Below, one piece after another: positions 10,858 to 21,346 of a stretch of 64,000 nucleotides of DNA. The stretch is taken from positions 1-64,000 of IMG/VR virus record IMGVR_UViG_3300046168_000026. One strand, 5' to 3'. A model generated the notes under the pieces. It was not told the origin of the DNA and did not search any database. It worked only from the letters and a program-made list of their open reading frames with translations. Numbering within the stretch: position 1 is the stretch's first letter; every line of letters begins with the position of its first letter. The DNA comes from a virus. The position numbers and the translations under genes are program-made.

Positions 10858-13800
10858 TTAACCACCTCGGCGATTGTTTCTTATAAACCCACCTAAAGTT
10901 GTATTTGGACTTGCAGCCCCTGTTGAATTAGGATTGGTTTCATTAAAAATCCCACCTTGTTGGTTTGGTCGTTGTTGTCTGCCACGACTTCTGTTTATCA
11001 TATCGTTAGCAGCATTTGTGTTAATACGAACTCCACTACCATTTGGTGTAGTTGTTGTAGTTGTTTGCGTACCTCTTGGTCTTGCTCTTACAACAGGGTT
11101 TGTTGTACCTAAACCTAAACCAGGCAAACTTCTAAATATATTGTTTTCTACTACAATTGTTTTCCCTTTAGACTTTACCTCATTATTATTGTTACTGAGA
11201 ATGTGTTGTTTTACACTTACTAAAGTTTCTGGGTCTGCAATTTTAATTGTATCCGGCAAGTCACCTTTAACTTCATCACCTTTTACTACATCATCAGTAT
11301 TGTATACTAATACATCTGATTCTACTTGAGTTACTATAACAACAGGTGAATTATCAGGAGTATCAGGAGATTTAGTTGTCAATGAATCACTTGATATTTT
11401 ACATCCTTCAAAAAATAAGTTCTTTAAGTTACCTGTTAATCTATCATCTTGAATTTGTGAAAAATGGTATGATGCCGAATTTGCGAATTTAATTCCCAAT
11501 GAAGCACTAACATCATTAGAATAAAAATACTTTGGTTCTAATGCGTACCTCGAAGGTCTTGAATTCAAGATTGTTGACCCCGTTGGTGAATATTCCCAAT
11601 AACCATTTGAACCTGTAAAGTATGCACCAGATGCCGTATTAAATAATGCGATGTCGGTGAACTTATATATTGATGGTTTAAATGGGTCTCGTTCAATACT
11701 TGAAGTATAAGTTAAATAAGAACCTGATACAACATTCAGTACACTAATTCCAGGTGCCTCATATTGATGTTGTGTGTAATCAATATTATCAGGTCTTTTG
11801 TAATTGTTTCTTTCAAAGACATGAGGTTCAATCATTATACCTTTATGCCAATCTGCTCTCGCAGGTACAAGTTGCCTCATACTATCAAAGACAGACATAT
11901 CATATCTTGACAACATTCCTATTATAATATTAAGAGCCGTTCCTCTATTATATTTTTGGAAATAGTTTCTTGCTCTAAAATCTAATAAATCATACCCGTC
12001 AATATTTCTAACATCAGTATCACCAATTAAATCATCAATCTCAAAATATCCTTCTGATGCGTAAATATCAAAGTTTACAGTATCAGTTGTTGAAAAGTAA
12101 GTTCCTAATAAGTTTGAATCATTTGGAGCTCTATCGTATTGACTTACTTCATTTGATGTATCTCTTTGTAGTGGTCCTTGTAATGATGATGACTCTACCC
12201 TTACTTTATTATTACTAAGGTTTAAGGCGCCTGCTGATGGGATTGATACAAAGTATGTATCAACTTCACCAGAAAGATTATCTGGCTGACCATGTTCATA
12301 TGACGCTGATAATATAAATCCTCTATCTGAAGATGTGAAATGTTGATTAGGGTGTCTTGATTGAATTGACCCACTAACATTATTAAATACACTATCAGGG
12401 AATATTCTATAAAGAACATTCTCATACGATGTATCTAAATCTAAATCAGTTGTGTTGGCGTCAGAATAATATGCTTCTCTATTTGCCGCATGTCCTTCGA
12501 GAACCTCAGATGCTAATTTTGTTTTGTAATATCTAATCTCTTGAATACTTGCAGTTGAGGTTGTTCCAAGGTAAGGCGACATCAGTTTGTTGTTGTCTGA
12601 TGAACCACTTGAGTTCCAAATAAAGTTCCAATTATTATTAGTTGTTGATGCGGTTGCGTGAACTAATACATCACCAAAGTCATCTACATATGTAGCCCCT
12701 AAATGATATCCACCCGATGCAGATGAAAATCCTATAACAACATCTCTCTCTTGTACATACGGGAAGTAATCTGAACTTACTGATATTACTGGTGAACCAC
12801 CTCTTAGTCTTACTCTGGCTTTCTTTGTTGCTCGTTGGTAATCCCAATGTAAGTCAATCTGACCACCATCTTTTTGATTTAATCTAAATACCGTATGATT
12901 ATCTGTTGGAAGTTTACCAACATACTCAATAGTCTTTGGTCTAATATTGTTTATAGTATCCCAAATATGTTCACTTCTATTTTTACCATCTAATTGTAAT
13001 TTGTAAACATATCTGTCGTGTTCATAAATGTTCTTTTGAGATTCTATTCTTGGACCACCATATTCTCTAATCTTTAAGAATGAACTTGGTATTCCGTATG
13101 ATGATATTAATGTTTTAAATGAACGAGCCGTACCTTTTGTCTTGTAAATACCTGGCAGGTTATTTAACAATCGTCTCCAAGTCTCTTGTACAATTTCTTT
13201 AGTTGGTTTAGAATACAACGACCCTGATTGTTGTGGAGTACCATTTTGGTCAACACCAAATTCATATTGCCATAAACCTGTATCTGCATATCCATTATAT
13301 AGTTTCCAACCAAATGATTCTGCTATTATGGATATTAGGTCATTTGCTAAACCATCTGCTGGGTGTTCTTCTCTTTCATTGATTGTTGTCAATGATTTTA
13401 TGTAGTTCCAAGAAATGTCAAAATGTTGTCCCAACATATCTACAAATGTTTGATACTCTTCATTAAGTTTATCATCATTTATATTTACAGGAATAACACT
13501 TCTTAATTTTGTTGGGTTTTGGTGGTCATATAAAGAGGCACTTGATATTGTCTCAGTTAACCACGAAGTACCTTGACTCGATGTACTATGATACAATACA
13601 TCTGGATTTCTTGTTTCTTTTGGATATGGATTAATAGTAAATGCTGAAGATGAGTGGTGAGTATAAATCTGTGCTTCATGATTGTAATACAACCAATACT
13701 CAAAGTCATCAAATGTACCTATAAGTTCTAATTTTCTTCTGTTAGATGAAGATATGTTTGTTAATGCCTCAGAACCACTTACATTATTTAATACACCAAT

Positions 13801-15234
13801 TCTTCTATCAAATGCCTCAACTTGTTGTAACTTATAATAAAAGTTTCTAACTCGTTCTTCTGCTGATGAGAAGTTTACAAAGTTTTTAAAATCAGAATAA
13901 TCTATATTTAATTTTACATTTCCAAGAGAACCACTAAAATATCTATCTATTATTTTTTGTTGTGTAGGTGCGCCAGAGTCTAATAAACTACTCCATGTTT
14001 CGTAGTCACTACTTGCACCACTACCATCACCTAAATCTATATTAAAGTTTGGGTCTGAGAAAAACTCAGTATTGTCTTCACCTAATTCGTTAAATACTAT
14101 AACTCGTTCTATGTAAGATTTTTGTAGTTGTGCAGATGTTCCAATTGTATCATTTACATTTATTTCATCTGGCAGTGGACTATAAAGTTTTAATATAGCG
14201 GTGTCAACTGAAGTTACCGTCATGTCGAGTCTTTTGTACTGCATACTCCAAAAACTTGGAGCACTTAATGGTACACCAACTCCACCACCTGGACTTCCGT
14301 TGTTCCAAACACCTGCCAACTCTACTGACTCTCTAATACCATTTTCAGTAACATCTAATGGTAACGACCCTGATGTTGATACACTTCCTAAAGAAAACTT
14401 TCGTACCCAACTTAAAGTAGTGTCGGGGTTTTGTTTAAGTTTAAATTCATCAAATCTACCAGTAACCTCAAAATGCCAGTTGCCTGTAACAGGAGCGGTT
14501 TGTTCTGTTTTCTTTCTTACGATTACTTCAGTAAATGTATTGTAGTCCGATTCACCATCTAAATTCAATGAAGCTTCAATACCACCCGATTCAACTGGAA
14601 ACCAAATACTATCTTGCGTATCACCTGGTGGATACGGTAAGTAGTCTTGTACTTCACCGACAATTGTACCATCAAATGCGGCGTTGATAATTGGTATTAA
14701 ATTATTCTCACCAAGATTAAGCATCAATGGTGTGTAAGTTGTACTTGGGTCTGTAAATGAGTTTGCTTGTATTTGTTGATTTTTTCTATACAATGATGCA
14801 AATGCAGAAAGACCATCTTGAATAAATCCTTGAGAACCAATTACTTTAATTTCTTTTCTGTCTCCTGATATTTCTACAATCTTTAGGTTTGATAGGTTGT
14901 GAAGGAAATTATAAACTATGTTGTATGTTCCTTGATTGAACCCTGCGGCTCTAATATCTGACTCTGGTTTTACATATACAGTATAACCATTTTGTTCATC
15001 ACCAATTTTTTGGATATTTCCATTTGTACTTGCGACAAGAGTTGCACCTGCGTAGAAGTGTTTTTCAACTATGGGAGTTGATACTCCTGGAACACCAACA
15101 ATGTCAGCATCTCTAAGAGGCACTCTGATTTGACCACCATCAAGTATTGCTTGGTCACCATTATCAAAAACTTGACCATAAACTGGTTGTCTTGATAAAA
15201 CCTCTTCTTGATTATAAAATCTATCTAATGCCAT
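10858..15234 (-). CDS. Very large baseplate/tail structural protein
   Basis: 1458 aa; YKTKGT motif typical of baseplate wedge (gp7/gpI-like) proteins; context. Confidence 0.6.
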   Translation of the reverse strand: MALDRFYNQEEVLSRQPVYGQVFDNGDQAILDGGQIRVPLRDADIVGVPGVSTPIVEKHFYAGATLVASTNGNIQKIGDEQNGYTVYVKPESDIRAAGFNQGTYNIVYNFLHNLSNLKIVEISGDRKEIKVIGSQGFIQDGLSAFASLYRKNQQIQANSFTDPSTTYTPLMLNLGENNLIPIINAAFDGTIVGEVQDYLPYPPGDTQDSIWFPVESGGIEASLNLDGESDYNTFTEVIVRKKTEQTAPVTGNWHFEVTGRFDEFKLKQNPDTTLSWVRKFSLGSVSTSGSLPLDVTENGIRESVELAGVWNNGSPGGGVGVPLSAPSFWSMQYKRLDMTVTSVDTAILKLYSPLPDEINVNDTIGTSAQLQKSYIERVIVFNELGEDNTEFFSDPNFNIDLGDGSGASSDYETWSSLLDSGAPTQQKIIDRYFSGSLGNVKLNIDYSDFKNFVNFSSAEERVRNFYYKLQQVEAFDRRIGVLNNVSGSEALTNISSSNRRKLELIGTFDDFEYWLYYNHEAQIYTHHSSSAFTINPYPKETRNPDVLYHSTSSQGTSWLTETISSASLYDHQNPTKLRSVIPVNINDDKLNEEYQTFVDMLGQHFDISWNYIKSLTTINEREEHPADGLANDLISIIAESFGWKLYNGYADTGLWQYEFGVDQNGTPQQSGSLYSKPTKEIVQETWRRLLNNLPGIYKTKGTARSFKTLISSYGIPSSFLKIREYGGPRIESQKNIYEHDRYVYKLQLDGKNRSEHIWDTINNIRPKTIEYVGKLPTDNHTVFRLNQKDGGQIDLHWDYQRATKKARVRLRGGSPVISVSSDYFPYVQERDVVIGFSSASGGYHLGATYVDDFGDVLVHATASTTNNNWNFIWNSSGSSDNNKLMSPYLGTTSTASIQEIRYYKTKLASEVLEGHAANREAYYSDANTTDLDLDTSYENVLYRIFPDSVFNNVSGSIQSRHPNQHFTSSDRGFILSASYEHGQPDNLSGEVDTYFVSIPSAGALNLSNNKVRVESSSLQGPLQRDTSNEVSQYDRAPNDSNLLGTYFSTTDTVNFDIYASEGYFEIDDLIGDTDVRNIDGYDLLDFRARNYFQKYNRGTALNIIIGMLSRYDMSVFDSMRQLVPARADWHKGIMIEPHVFERNNYKRPDNIDYTQHQYEAPGISVLNVVSGSYLTYTSSIERDPFKPSIYKFTDIALFNTASGAYFTGSNGYWEYSPTGSTILNSRPSRYALEPKYFYSNDVSASLGIKFANSASYHFSQIQDDRLTGNLKNLFFEGCKISSDSLTTKSPDTPDNSPVVIVTQVESDVLVYNTDDVVKGDEVKGDLPDTIKIADPETLVSVKQHILSNNNNEVKSKGKTIVVENNIFRSLPGLGLGTTNPVVRARPRGTQTTTTTTPNGSGVRINTNAANDMINRSRGRQQRPNQQGGIFNETNPNSTGAASPNTTLGGFIRNNRRGG

Positions 15235-15805
15235 TCTTTAAATCCAAAAACTTACCATTATAAATATTTTCTCTCATTCGTTTCTTTACTTTAGAAGTTG
15301 TATAGTAATCGTACCCTTCTATTTCGTATAGACCCGTTGTCAATTCAGTTACATTTAAACTATCAGGCAACATTCTTTCTTGTAGAGTAACCCCGTTAAA
15401 TGTTTTTAAACTTCGTTTATGATTCTTAACTCTTTTAAACTTGTTTCTTGCTTTAGATGGTCGTTCACATTTGTTTCTAAGACCTAAGTGGTCTTGCCAT
15501 AATGCCTCATTTGACCATTTAATATCAATAAACATATTTCTTTGGAATCCTAAAATCATAGCCGTATCTAAAATATGTTTTAAGTATTGATGATTTTTTA
15601 TTTCATTTCGTAAAACAATATCTACATCCATAGTTGGAATATTTGCACCATAAACATTTTCTGCAAATGCACCAACCAAATAAACTTTATAGTCTGATAA
15701 ATCAACTTCTTTGTTAAAGTTGTTCCACCACCCTTTAAACTTATCGTACCTTGGTCTTTCCCATGGTGTTGTAGTTTCGATATTTCCTATTTTAAAATAA
15801 AACAT
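15221..15805 (-). CDS. Putative Pol-beta-superfamily nucleotidyltransferase
   Basis: VYLVGAFA-x9-MDVDIV and downstream FIDI fit the hG[GS]..DxD..D layout. Confidence 0.5.
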   Translation of the reverse strand: MFYFKIGNIETTTPWERPRYDKFKGWWNNFNKEVDLSDYKVYLVGAFAENVYGANIPTMDVDIVLRNEIKNHQYLKHILDTAMILGFQRNMFIDIKWSNEALWQDHLGLRNKCERPSKARNKFKRVKNHKRSLKTFNGVTLQERMLPDSLNVTELTTGLYEIEGYDYYTTSKVKKRMRENIYNGKFLDLKNGIR

Positions 15806-15813
15806 ATTTTTTC

Positions 15814-16422
15814 CTATGAATCTAAGTATCCACCACCACCAAACATACCATTATAATATGGGTTGTTAGGGTTGTATGTTGTTTGATTTCCACTTCCTGC
15901 TCCAGCTGGCGAACCTGCGGAGAATGGGTCATCGGTTACGACTCCACCACCACTTGTACCACCACCTCCTGAAGAGTTACCACCAGTTGTTTGACCTGTC
16001 GATGTTCCTATAAAATCATTGACTTGTGTAGGGAATGCATCGGGTGGGAAACCATATCCATTTGGAACTCGTGTACCATCATCTAATTGAGCAATCGGTG
16101 GCCAAGGAATTCCCTGCTGACCTTGGATTTCAGTAAAAGGTCCTGATAAATACATAGAACCCAATCGTGCTCCCATCCTAGCTCTTTGTTGAACTGATTG
16201 ATTTGGAACAATTCCTCTTTCTGGAAAACTTAATTCTTTTATTTCAATGTCAAGATTATTAGTAACATCTGATTGTTGATATCTGGCTACTTTTGTTTTT
16301 GAACCATCATCTTTATCAACAAAGTAGATATTACCATATTGTTCCCCCTGTTGTTGAATGGGGTACGATACTATCTGTCCTCTGACATTTCTGTTTATAT
16401 CTCTTATTCCTTGTACACTCAT
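15814..16422 (-). CDS. Hypothetical structural protein with Gly/Asn low-complexity tail
   Basis: ORF coupled to its neighbours in the structural cluster. Confidence 0.5.
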   Translation of the reverse strand: MSVQGIRDINRNVRGQIVSYPIQQQGEQYGNIYFVDKDDGSKTKVARYQQSDVTNNLDIEIKELSFPERGIVPNQSVQQRARMGARLGSMYLSGPFTEIQGQQGIPWPPIAQLDDGTRVPNGYGFPPDAFPTQVNDFIGTSTGQTTGGNSSGGGGTSGGGVVTDDPFSAGSPAGAGSGNQTTYNPNNPYYNGMFGGGGYLDS

Positions 16423-18497
16423 TATCGTACTACCTTAAAGTAAAAGTTGTCATCGTAATATTTTATGTCACTTCCTTGGTCAACCCTAAAACAGAATTTA
16501 TAAAATCGTTCAGGTTGTAATCCGTTAAACCAAAAATTGAAATAGTTACCACTTGCGTCACAACTTAACTTTGTGTAGTTTGTATCGAATGGAATGATAA
16601 CTTGTTCGGTTTGGGAATCTACTACTGAGTAATATGATGTAGTTGGTAAATATTTTATCGTCTTTAAAGGTGACGATTCAAATGTCCTTGTTGGATATCG
16701 GTCTCTACCAAATACTCTAATCTTAGCTTTAGAACTTTCTTTATATTCTGTTGAAAGATTCTTCACATATAATATAAGGTCATCGCCTGTTAGTGCGTTT
16801 AGAGACCCTGTTACAAATGTAGAATCATCCCACCTTGCTTCTAATACAGGTGGATAGATTGTATGAGTATCAGATGAAAAGAACTTTATTGAACCGAATT
16901 TTTTATCTGATGCTTCATCATTGTTAGACTTTTTAATAATAAGTCCGTTGTTAACCCTTGTACCATTAATCATTTCGTTTACATACTCTGTAACTGGCAC
17001 ATCCAAATTGTCAGTTGATTTTGTAAACACTTGTTTGTAATGTGTGCCTGCACTATAAGATGATGTGAACCATGTTCCACCACCACTTGTTTTAGCAAAC
17101 GATGCTTCCCATAATGTATCATGGAATGCTGACCCTGTTAGGTCATGGTCTGTTGATAATATTTTAAAGTTGTCAATAGATGCACTTGATTGTATTGAAC
17201 TTCCACTTGCAAAGTATGACCATCTAAATAAATGTTGTCCTGATTCTCTTGCTTGGAATTTTACTGTTGGTGTAAAACTTGATGTAATATATCTTATTGC
17301 ATTATCAAAATCGTTAACATCAACTAATCTACCTGTTGGTGTTTGTATTGTAAACTCAACACCCAATGATTGGCCTTCTGCATTTACTCTTGGAAAACTT
17401 CCTGTGTCTATTGAAAAACTGGCAGTATAGTTTCTACCTTCTTGTAATGAAAACTTTCTATTTAAAGTTGCCCCACCATTGTTGGATGCACTTATATTTA
17501 AAATATCGTTAGCTATAAAGGCTGACCCTGTAATTCCTTGTGTGTTATCTATTCCCTCATTTATAAAATATGTAGATGGTAATCCACTTACATTTACAGA
17601 GAACTGGTCATTTACCAATGTTGATGAAGGTTCATCTTTAAAGAATAAGAAATTGTCAATTGAACCTGCTGACCCATCCGAACCATTTTGGTCAAAGAAA
17701 GAAAATTGTAATTTATGAAGTCCAGAAGCACTTGCCGTAAATGCCATTTTATATGTTGCGGTTGATATTAGTGATTCTTGGAATCCTGCAATCTCGTTAT
17801 TTAATAAATCCCCTGAAGGGTTTACTACATTGAAGTCAACGCCTGATAAGGACTCTCTGTTGAAATCAAATTCTACTTTGTATATTTGCCCTGCATCTAA
17901 TGACGCTGATAAGTTTGCCGTACCACCACTAAACTCAGATGCCGACATTGCCATCTTACCACCTGAAACAAATAACAATGGTTCATCACCATTTTGTCCA
18001 TTAATTTTATCTACTAACTCAAACCCACCAAGACCTGATACAAAGTCTATTGAGGATATTAATGAGTTTATTAAACTTGAATCTTTTATCTCACCAACCA
18101 ATGCACCTGTTACATCCCAAGTTTGACCTGTATTAGGTTCAACCCACGAACATCCCTCTTCGTGATGTGGTGTATCTGCTTCTTGCCCTAATCCCTCTAC
18201 CCATGCTTGTTTGATTGGATAAACAAACAATTCGAAATCTTCTTGTAAGTCTGCACTTTCAACATTCTCTAATCGTAATCTATATTCAGGTGATGTTATT
18301 GTTCCATCTGAAACTGAACTTGAGATTTCAGCTAAGTCGAATTGAACCAATGCCCTACTATTTCCTAACAAGTTAGTATTAGATGGGTCATACAATTTAT
18401 TGACCTCAAGAATTTGGTCTTTACCTGTATTCTGGTCCTTACGATTTGAATCTTCGTAAATTGTAGTATCTTTATTTGCGTATATTCTATAAATCAT
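16422..18497 (-). CDS. Structural protein with two tandem carbohydrate-binding-like beta domains
   Basis: KDTTIYE...RALVQFD N-terminus; two internal repeats each ending SIDNF. Confidence 0.6.
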   Translation of the reverse strand: MIYRIYANKDTTIYEDSNRKDQNTGKDQILEVNKLYDPSNTNLLGNSRALVQFDLAEISSSVSDGTITSPEYRLRLENVESADLQEDFELFVYPIKQAWVEGLGQEADTPHHEEGCSWVEPNTGQTWDVTGALVGEIKDSSLINSLISSIDFVSGLGGFELVDKINGQNGDEPLLFVSGGKMAMSASEFSGGTANLSASLDAGQIYKVEFDFNRESLSGVDFNVVNPSGDLLNNEIAGFQESLISTATYKMAFTASASGLHKLQFSFFDQNGSDGSAGSIDNFLFFKDEPSSTLVNDQFSVNVSGLPSTYFINEGIDNTQGITGSAFIANDILNISASNNGGATLNRKFSLQEGRNYTASFSIDTGSFPRVNAEGQSLGVEFTIQTPTGRLVDVNDFDNAIRYITSSFTPTVKFQARESGQHLFRWSYFASGSSIQSSASIDNFKILSTDHDLTGSAFHDTLWEASFAKTSGGGTWFTSSYSAGTHYKQVFTKSTDNLDVPVTEYVNEMINGTRVNNGLIIKKSNNDEASDKKFGSIKFFSSDTHTIYPPVLEARWDDSTFVTGSLNALTGDDLILYVKNLSTEYKESSKAKIRVFGRDRYPTRTFESSPLKTIKYLPTTSYYSVVDSQTEQVIIPFDTNYTKLSCDASGNYFNFWFNGLQPERFYKFCFRVDQGSDIKYYDDNFYFKVVR

Positions 18498-18508
18498 ATT
18501 TTAACCCT

Positions 18509-20431
18509 TTAAAATAGTGGTACTACTTTTCCTCTAATATCTTGTTCTGGGAATTTTATCTCAAATATAGATGGGTCTTTAGGTGGATATACAACTCCCT
18601 TTCTTGTTGCGGTTACAATATCATATCGTTTGTTGGAATAACTTCCACCATACTTGTTAATGACTTGTAAACCACCAAGACCATCTTTATCAGGTCGTAC
18701 CACACTTTGTACCCCATCCACTTCATCTAACATTACATATATATCAGATAATAATATCGGTTGATTAATACTTCTTTTATTAATTGTAAAATAGTCCTTT
18801 ATCTTTTGAATACATTTTAAAAGTACATCATTAGAATTAAAGTTAGGTTTAACTACGATTTCAAAATCAATACCTACATTTACAATGTAACCATCTTTAA
18901 TATTGATTGCGTCAGTTAATATTCTATAATACGATAAATAATTTCTTAAATTTTGTTTAGTTGCCGGATTTAAAACTGTTAACTTTTTGTTTGCGTCATA
19001 TCCTAAACAATAAAAGTTTATAGCTAATGGATTTAAAACACTTTCGTTTGTTAACGGACCATCATCAAGTGGTGTCTTGATTTGAAAATCAGGAGCAACA
19101 AATGCTTTTGCTATTGAACCGAATTGTGGTGGTAATGCGTATGCTCTTACTAAGTAATCTTCTCGTGTCACATTTCTATTCTGTGCACTAAAATAAGCTT
19201 TTGCGTTTTCTCTTACCTCTTCAATCTCTTCTTCAAACTTACCACCAACCGCAGGTCTCTCATTTATTACTGCGATGGATTGTTTGATTTCGTTAAACAA
19301 CGCCGAATCTAATCCTATGCCTGTTGTTTCTATTTCAACCTCGGCTACTTGGTTTAGGTCACCTGCGATTACATTATCAATTACACCAAGACCAACTCTG
19401 TAAGTTACTGTTAGTTCTTGATTTGCAGGAGCGATTCCATATGTTTTACTATATAAAAAGTTTGATGGGTCTAATCCTTGATTTAGATTTCCATTTGCGT
19501 TATATAATGCAGAACCCACATTGTCTGGATTAGGAAGTAACTCTTCATCTGCGTTTGCAGATACGCCTGCACCAAACTGAACTATGATTTCACCCTCATC
19601 ACTTATACGAGTTATATATCTTTTAGGAACTCTTTTTAGTTTTAGTAAAGCGGGTGTATCATTACTAAATGCAGAATATGTTAATGAGTAGTCTGCCGTA
19701 TTTGGACTTTCTGTAAATACAGTATCTTGGCCAAGGTAATCTACCTTAGTCCAAGTTTCACCATCATCGTCTGTTATTTTGATTACATCAATTAACCCAT
19801 CCTCATCTTGAAGTTTTATCTTGTCATAAATCTTTGGTGAATCAAATGTAAAAGTCTGAGTCTTTTCTTTACCACTTGTTGCCTGTACATATTTCTTTAA
19901 AAGATATTTTACAGGTAAGTTTGTACTATCATCTACTTGGTATACTGATATTTCAGTTGGGTCAAACGATGATGAGTAATTAAATCTAATTTTTTGATTT
20001 GTACTAAACTCGATATCACCATTTGATTCTGCGATTATTTTTGCACCTTCTTTTATATTTAATGCGTATCTAAAATCTGGTCTTACATTTGCACCACTAC
20101 CAATTGCTGGTACTAATTGGAATACTGCCATATTTGTTGTTGCGGGTACATTTAATTTTGGTTTGTATCCATACGCCTGTGATATTGCAAATATGTTTTT
20201 CTTTTCTTGTGCTTGTTCTAATATAGATTCTCTAAGTTGAACATCAGTATAATATGAAAGTACATCCCCAACATATGAAGATAGTTCCAACATCATCATA
20301 CCTGGAGAGGACTCGTTAAAGTCGTTAAAAGTTTGAGGGAAATAAGTTTTTGTAAAGTCTACAAGATTCTGTCTTATAGAACCAAACTCTCTTCCTATTA
20401 ACTTAACATCTTTTTTAATTTTATCTGCCAT
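18509..20431 (-). CDS. Baseplate wedge protein (T4 gp6/baseplate-J-like)
   Basis: FNDFNESSPGMMMLELSSYVGDVLSYY, AYGYKP, QNRNVTREDY motifs. Confidence 0.85.
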   Translation of the reverse strand: MADKIKKDVKLIGREFGSIRQNLVDFTKTYFPQTFNDFNESSPGMMMLELSSYVGDVLSYYTDVQLRESILEQAQEKKNIFAISQAYGYKPKLNVPATTNMAVFQLVPAIGSGANVRPDFRYALNIKEGAKIIAESNGDIEFSTNQKIRFNYSSSFDPTEISVYQVDDSTNLPVKYLLKKYVQATSGKEKTQTFTFDSPKIYDKIKLQDEDGLIDVIKITDDDGETWTKVDYLGQDTVFTESPNTADYSLTYSAFSNDTPALLKLKRVPKRYITRISDEGEIIVQFGAGVSANADEELLPNPDNVGSALYNANGNLNQGLDPSNFLYSKTYGIAPANQELTVTYRVGLGVIDNVIAGDLNQVAEVEIETTGIGLDSALFNEIKQSIAVINERPAVGGKFEEEIEEVRENAKAYFSAQNRNVTREDYLVRAYALPPQFGSIAKAFVAPDFQIKTPLDDGPLTNESVLNPLAINFYCLGYDANKKLTVLNPATKQNLRNYLSYYRILTDAINIKDGYIVNVGIDFEIVVKPNFNSNDVLLKCIQKIKDYFTINKRSINQPILLSDIYVMLDEVDGVQSVVRPDKDGLGGLQVINKYGGSYSNKRYDIVTATRKGVVYPPKDPSIFEIKFPEQDIRGKVVPLF

Positions 20432-20442
20432 GTTGTATTACC

Positions 20443-20877
20443 CTATGCTATTGATAGACCACCTTGTTCATCTATCCCTACTATAATTATCTTGTTTGCT
20501 CCAGTTTCTCCTACTGAAAATGAAAATGAAAAGTTTACTCTGTTATTATCTGCTTCAGTATCAACTCTAATTTCTCTCATTTTAATGTAAGGTAACCAAA
20601 ACTTAATATCTTTTTCAAGTCCACCTTTTAATCTTTCGATTAATTCGTCTGTTATATTTTCAAAAAGAAATGAAGGTAAGTCTGTTCCAAACAAAGGCTG
20701 AAAGGGTCTCTCACCCTTTCTTGTAAGTAATAAGTTTTTAAGATTCGATAATGCCTGTTCTTCTGTTGTCATCGTACTACGAAATATTGGAGCACCACCC
20801 AATGGGAATGGAATCCCAATTGCAGTATTCTTTTTTAAATCTAATGGATTTATTTTTTTCGTAGGTCTTGTAGCCAT
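20443..20877 (-). CDS. Baseplate gp25-like protein
   Basis: NLKNLLLTRKGERPFQPLFGTDL...FE motif. Confidence 0.88.
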   Translation of the reverse strand: MATRPTKKINPLDLKKNTAIGIPFPLGGAPIFRSTMTTEEQALSNLKNLLLTRKGERPFQPLFGTDLPSFLFENITDELIERLKGGLEKDIKFWLPYIKMREIRVDTEADNNRVNFSFSFSVGETGANKIIIVGIDEQGGLSIA

Positions 20878-21323
20878 TATACTCTACCCTTCTTCTTGTT
20901 TATTGCTTTCATTAAACCTGAATAATCTTTTGTTAATGCGTTTCCTACACCAGAACTCATCACTGCGTTTACATCAACCGCTCTACCATCAGAATCTTTT
21001 GTTGGTATCATTGATTGTGGTGTTGGTGAACTACTGAGTCCCATCATAGATGACATAGTTGCTCTATCCATTCCTTGTGCATTATTTGCAGTCATAGTTC
21101 CACCACCCATTGTTGGCCAATGGTCAACTGTTTCATTTAATAGGTCTGAGAATTTCCCACCCTTAAATTTAACATTTGGCTTCTTAACCTTTTTTGTTGG
21201 TTGTGGTGTACTCATTTCTTGAATAATAGATTCACGAATGGCAAGTTTCTCTTTTGCCACCTGCTTCTTTACTTCTTCTTTTATTAACAATCGTATTGCT
21301 TTTACAAATTTATTAGTGTCCAT
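20877..21323 (-). CDS. Hypothetical phage protein
   Basis: ORF; several I/L-x-E motifs; TKDYSGLMKAI C-terminus. Confidence 0.55.
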   Translation of the reverse strand: MDTNKFVKAIRLLIKEEVKKQVAKEKLAIRESIIQEMSTPQPTKKVKKPNVKFKGGKFSDLLNETVDHWPTMGGGTMTANNAQGMDRATMSSMMGLSSSPTPQSMIPTKDSDGRAVDVNAVMSSGVGNALTKDYSGLMKAINKKKGRV

Positions 21324-21346
21324 AATAATAAATAGTTTTATTTTAA

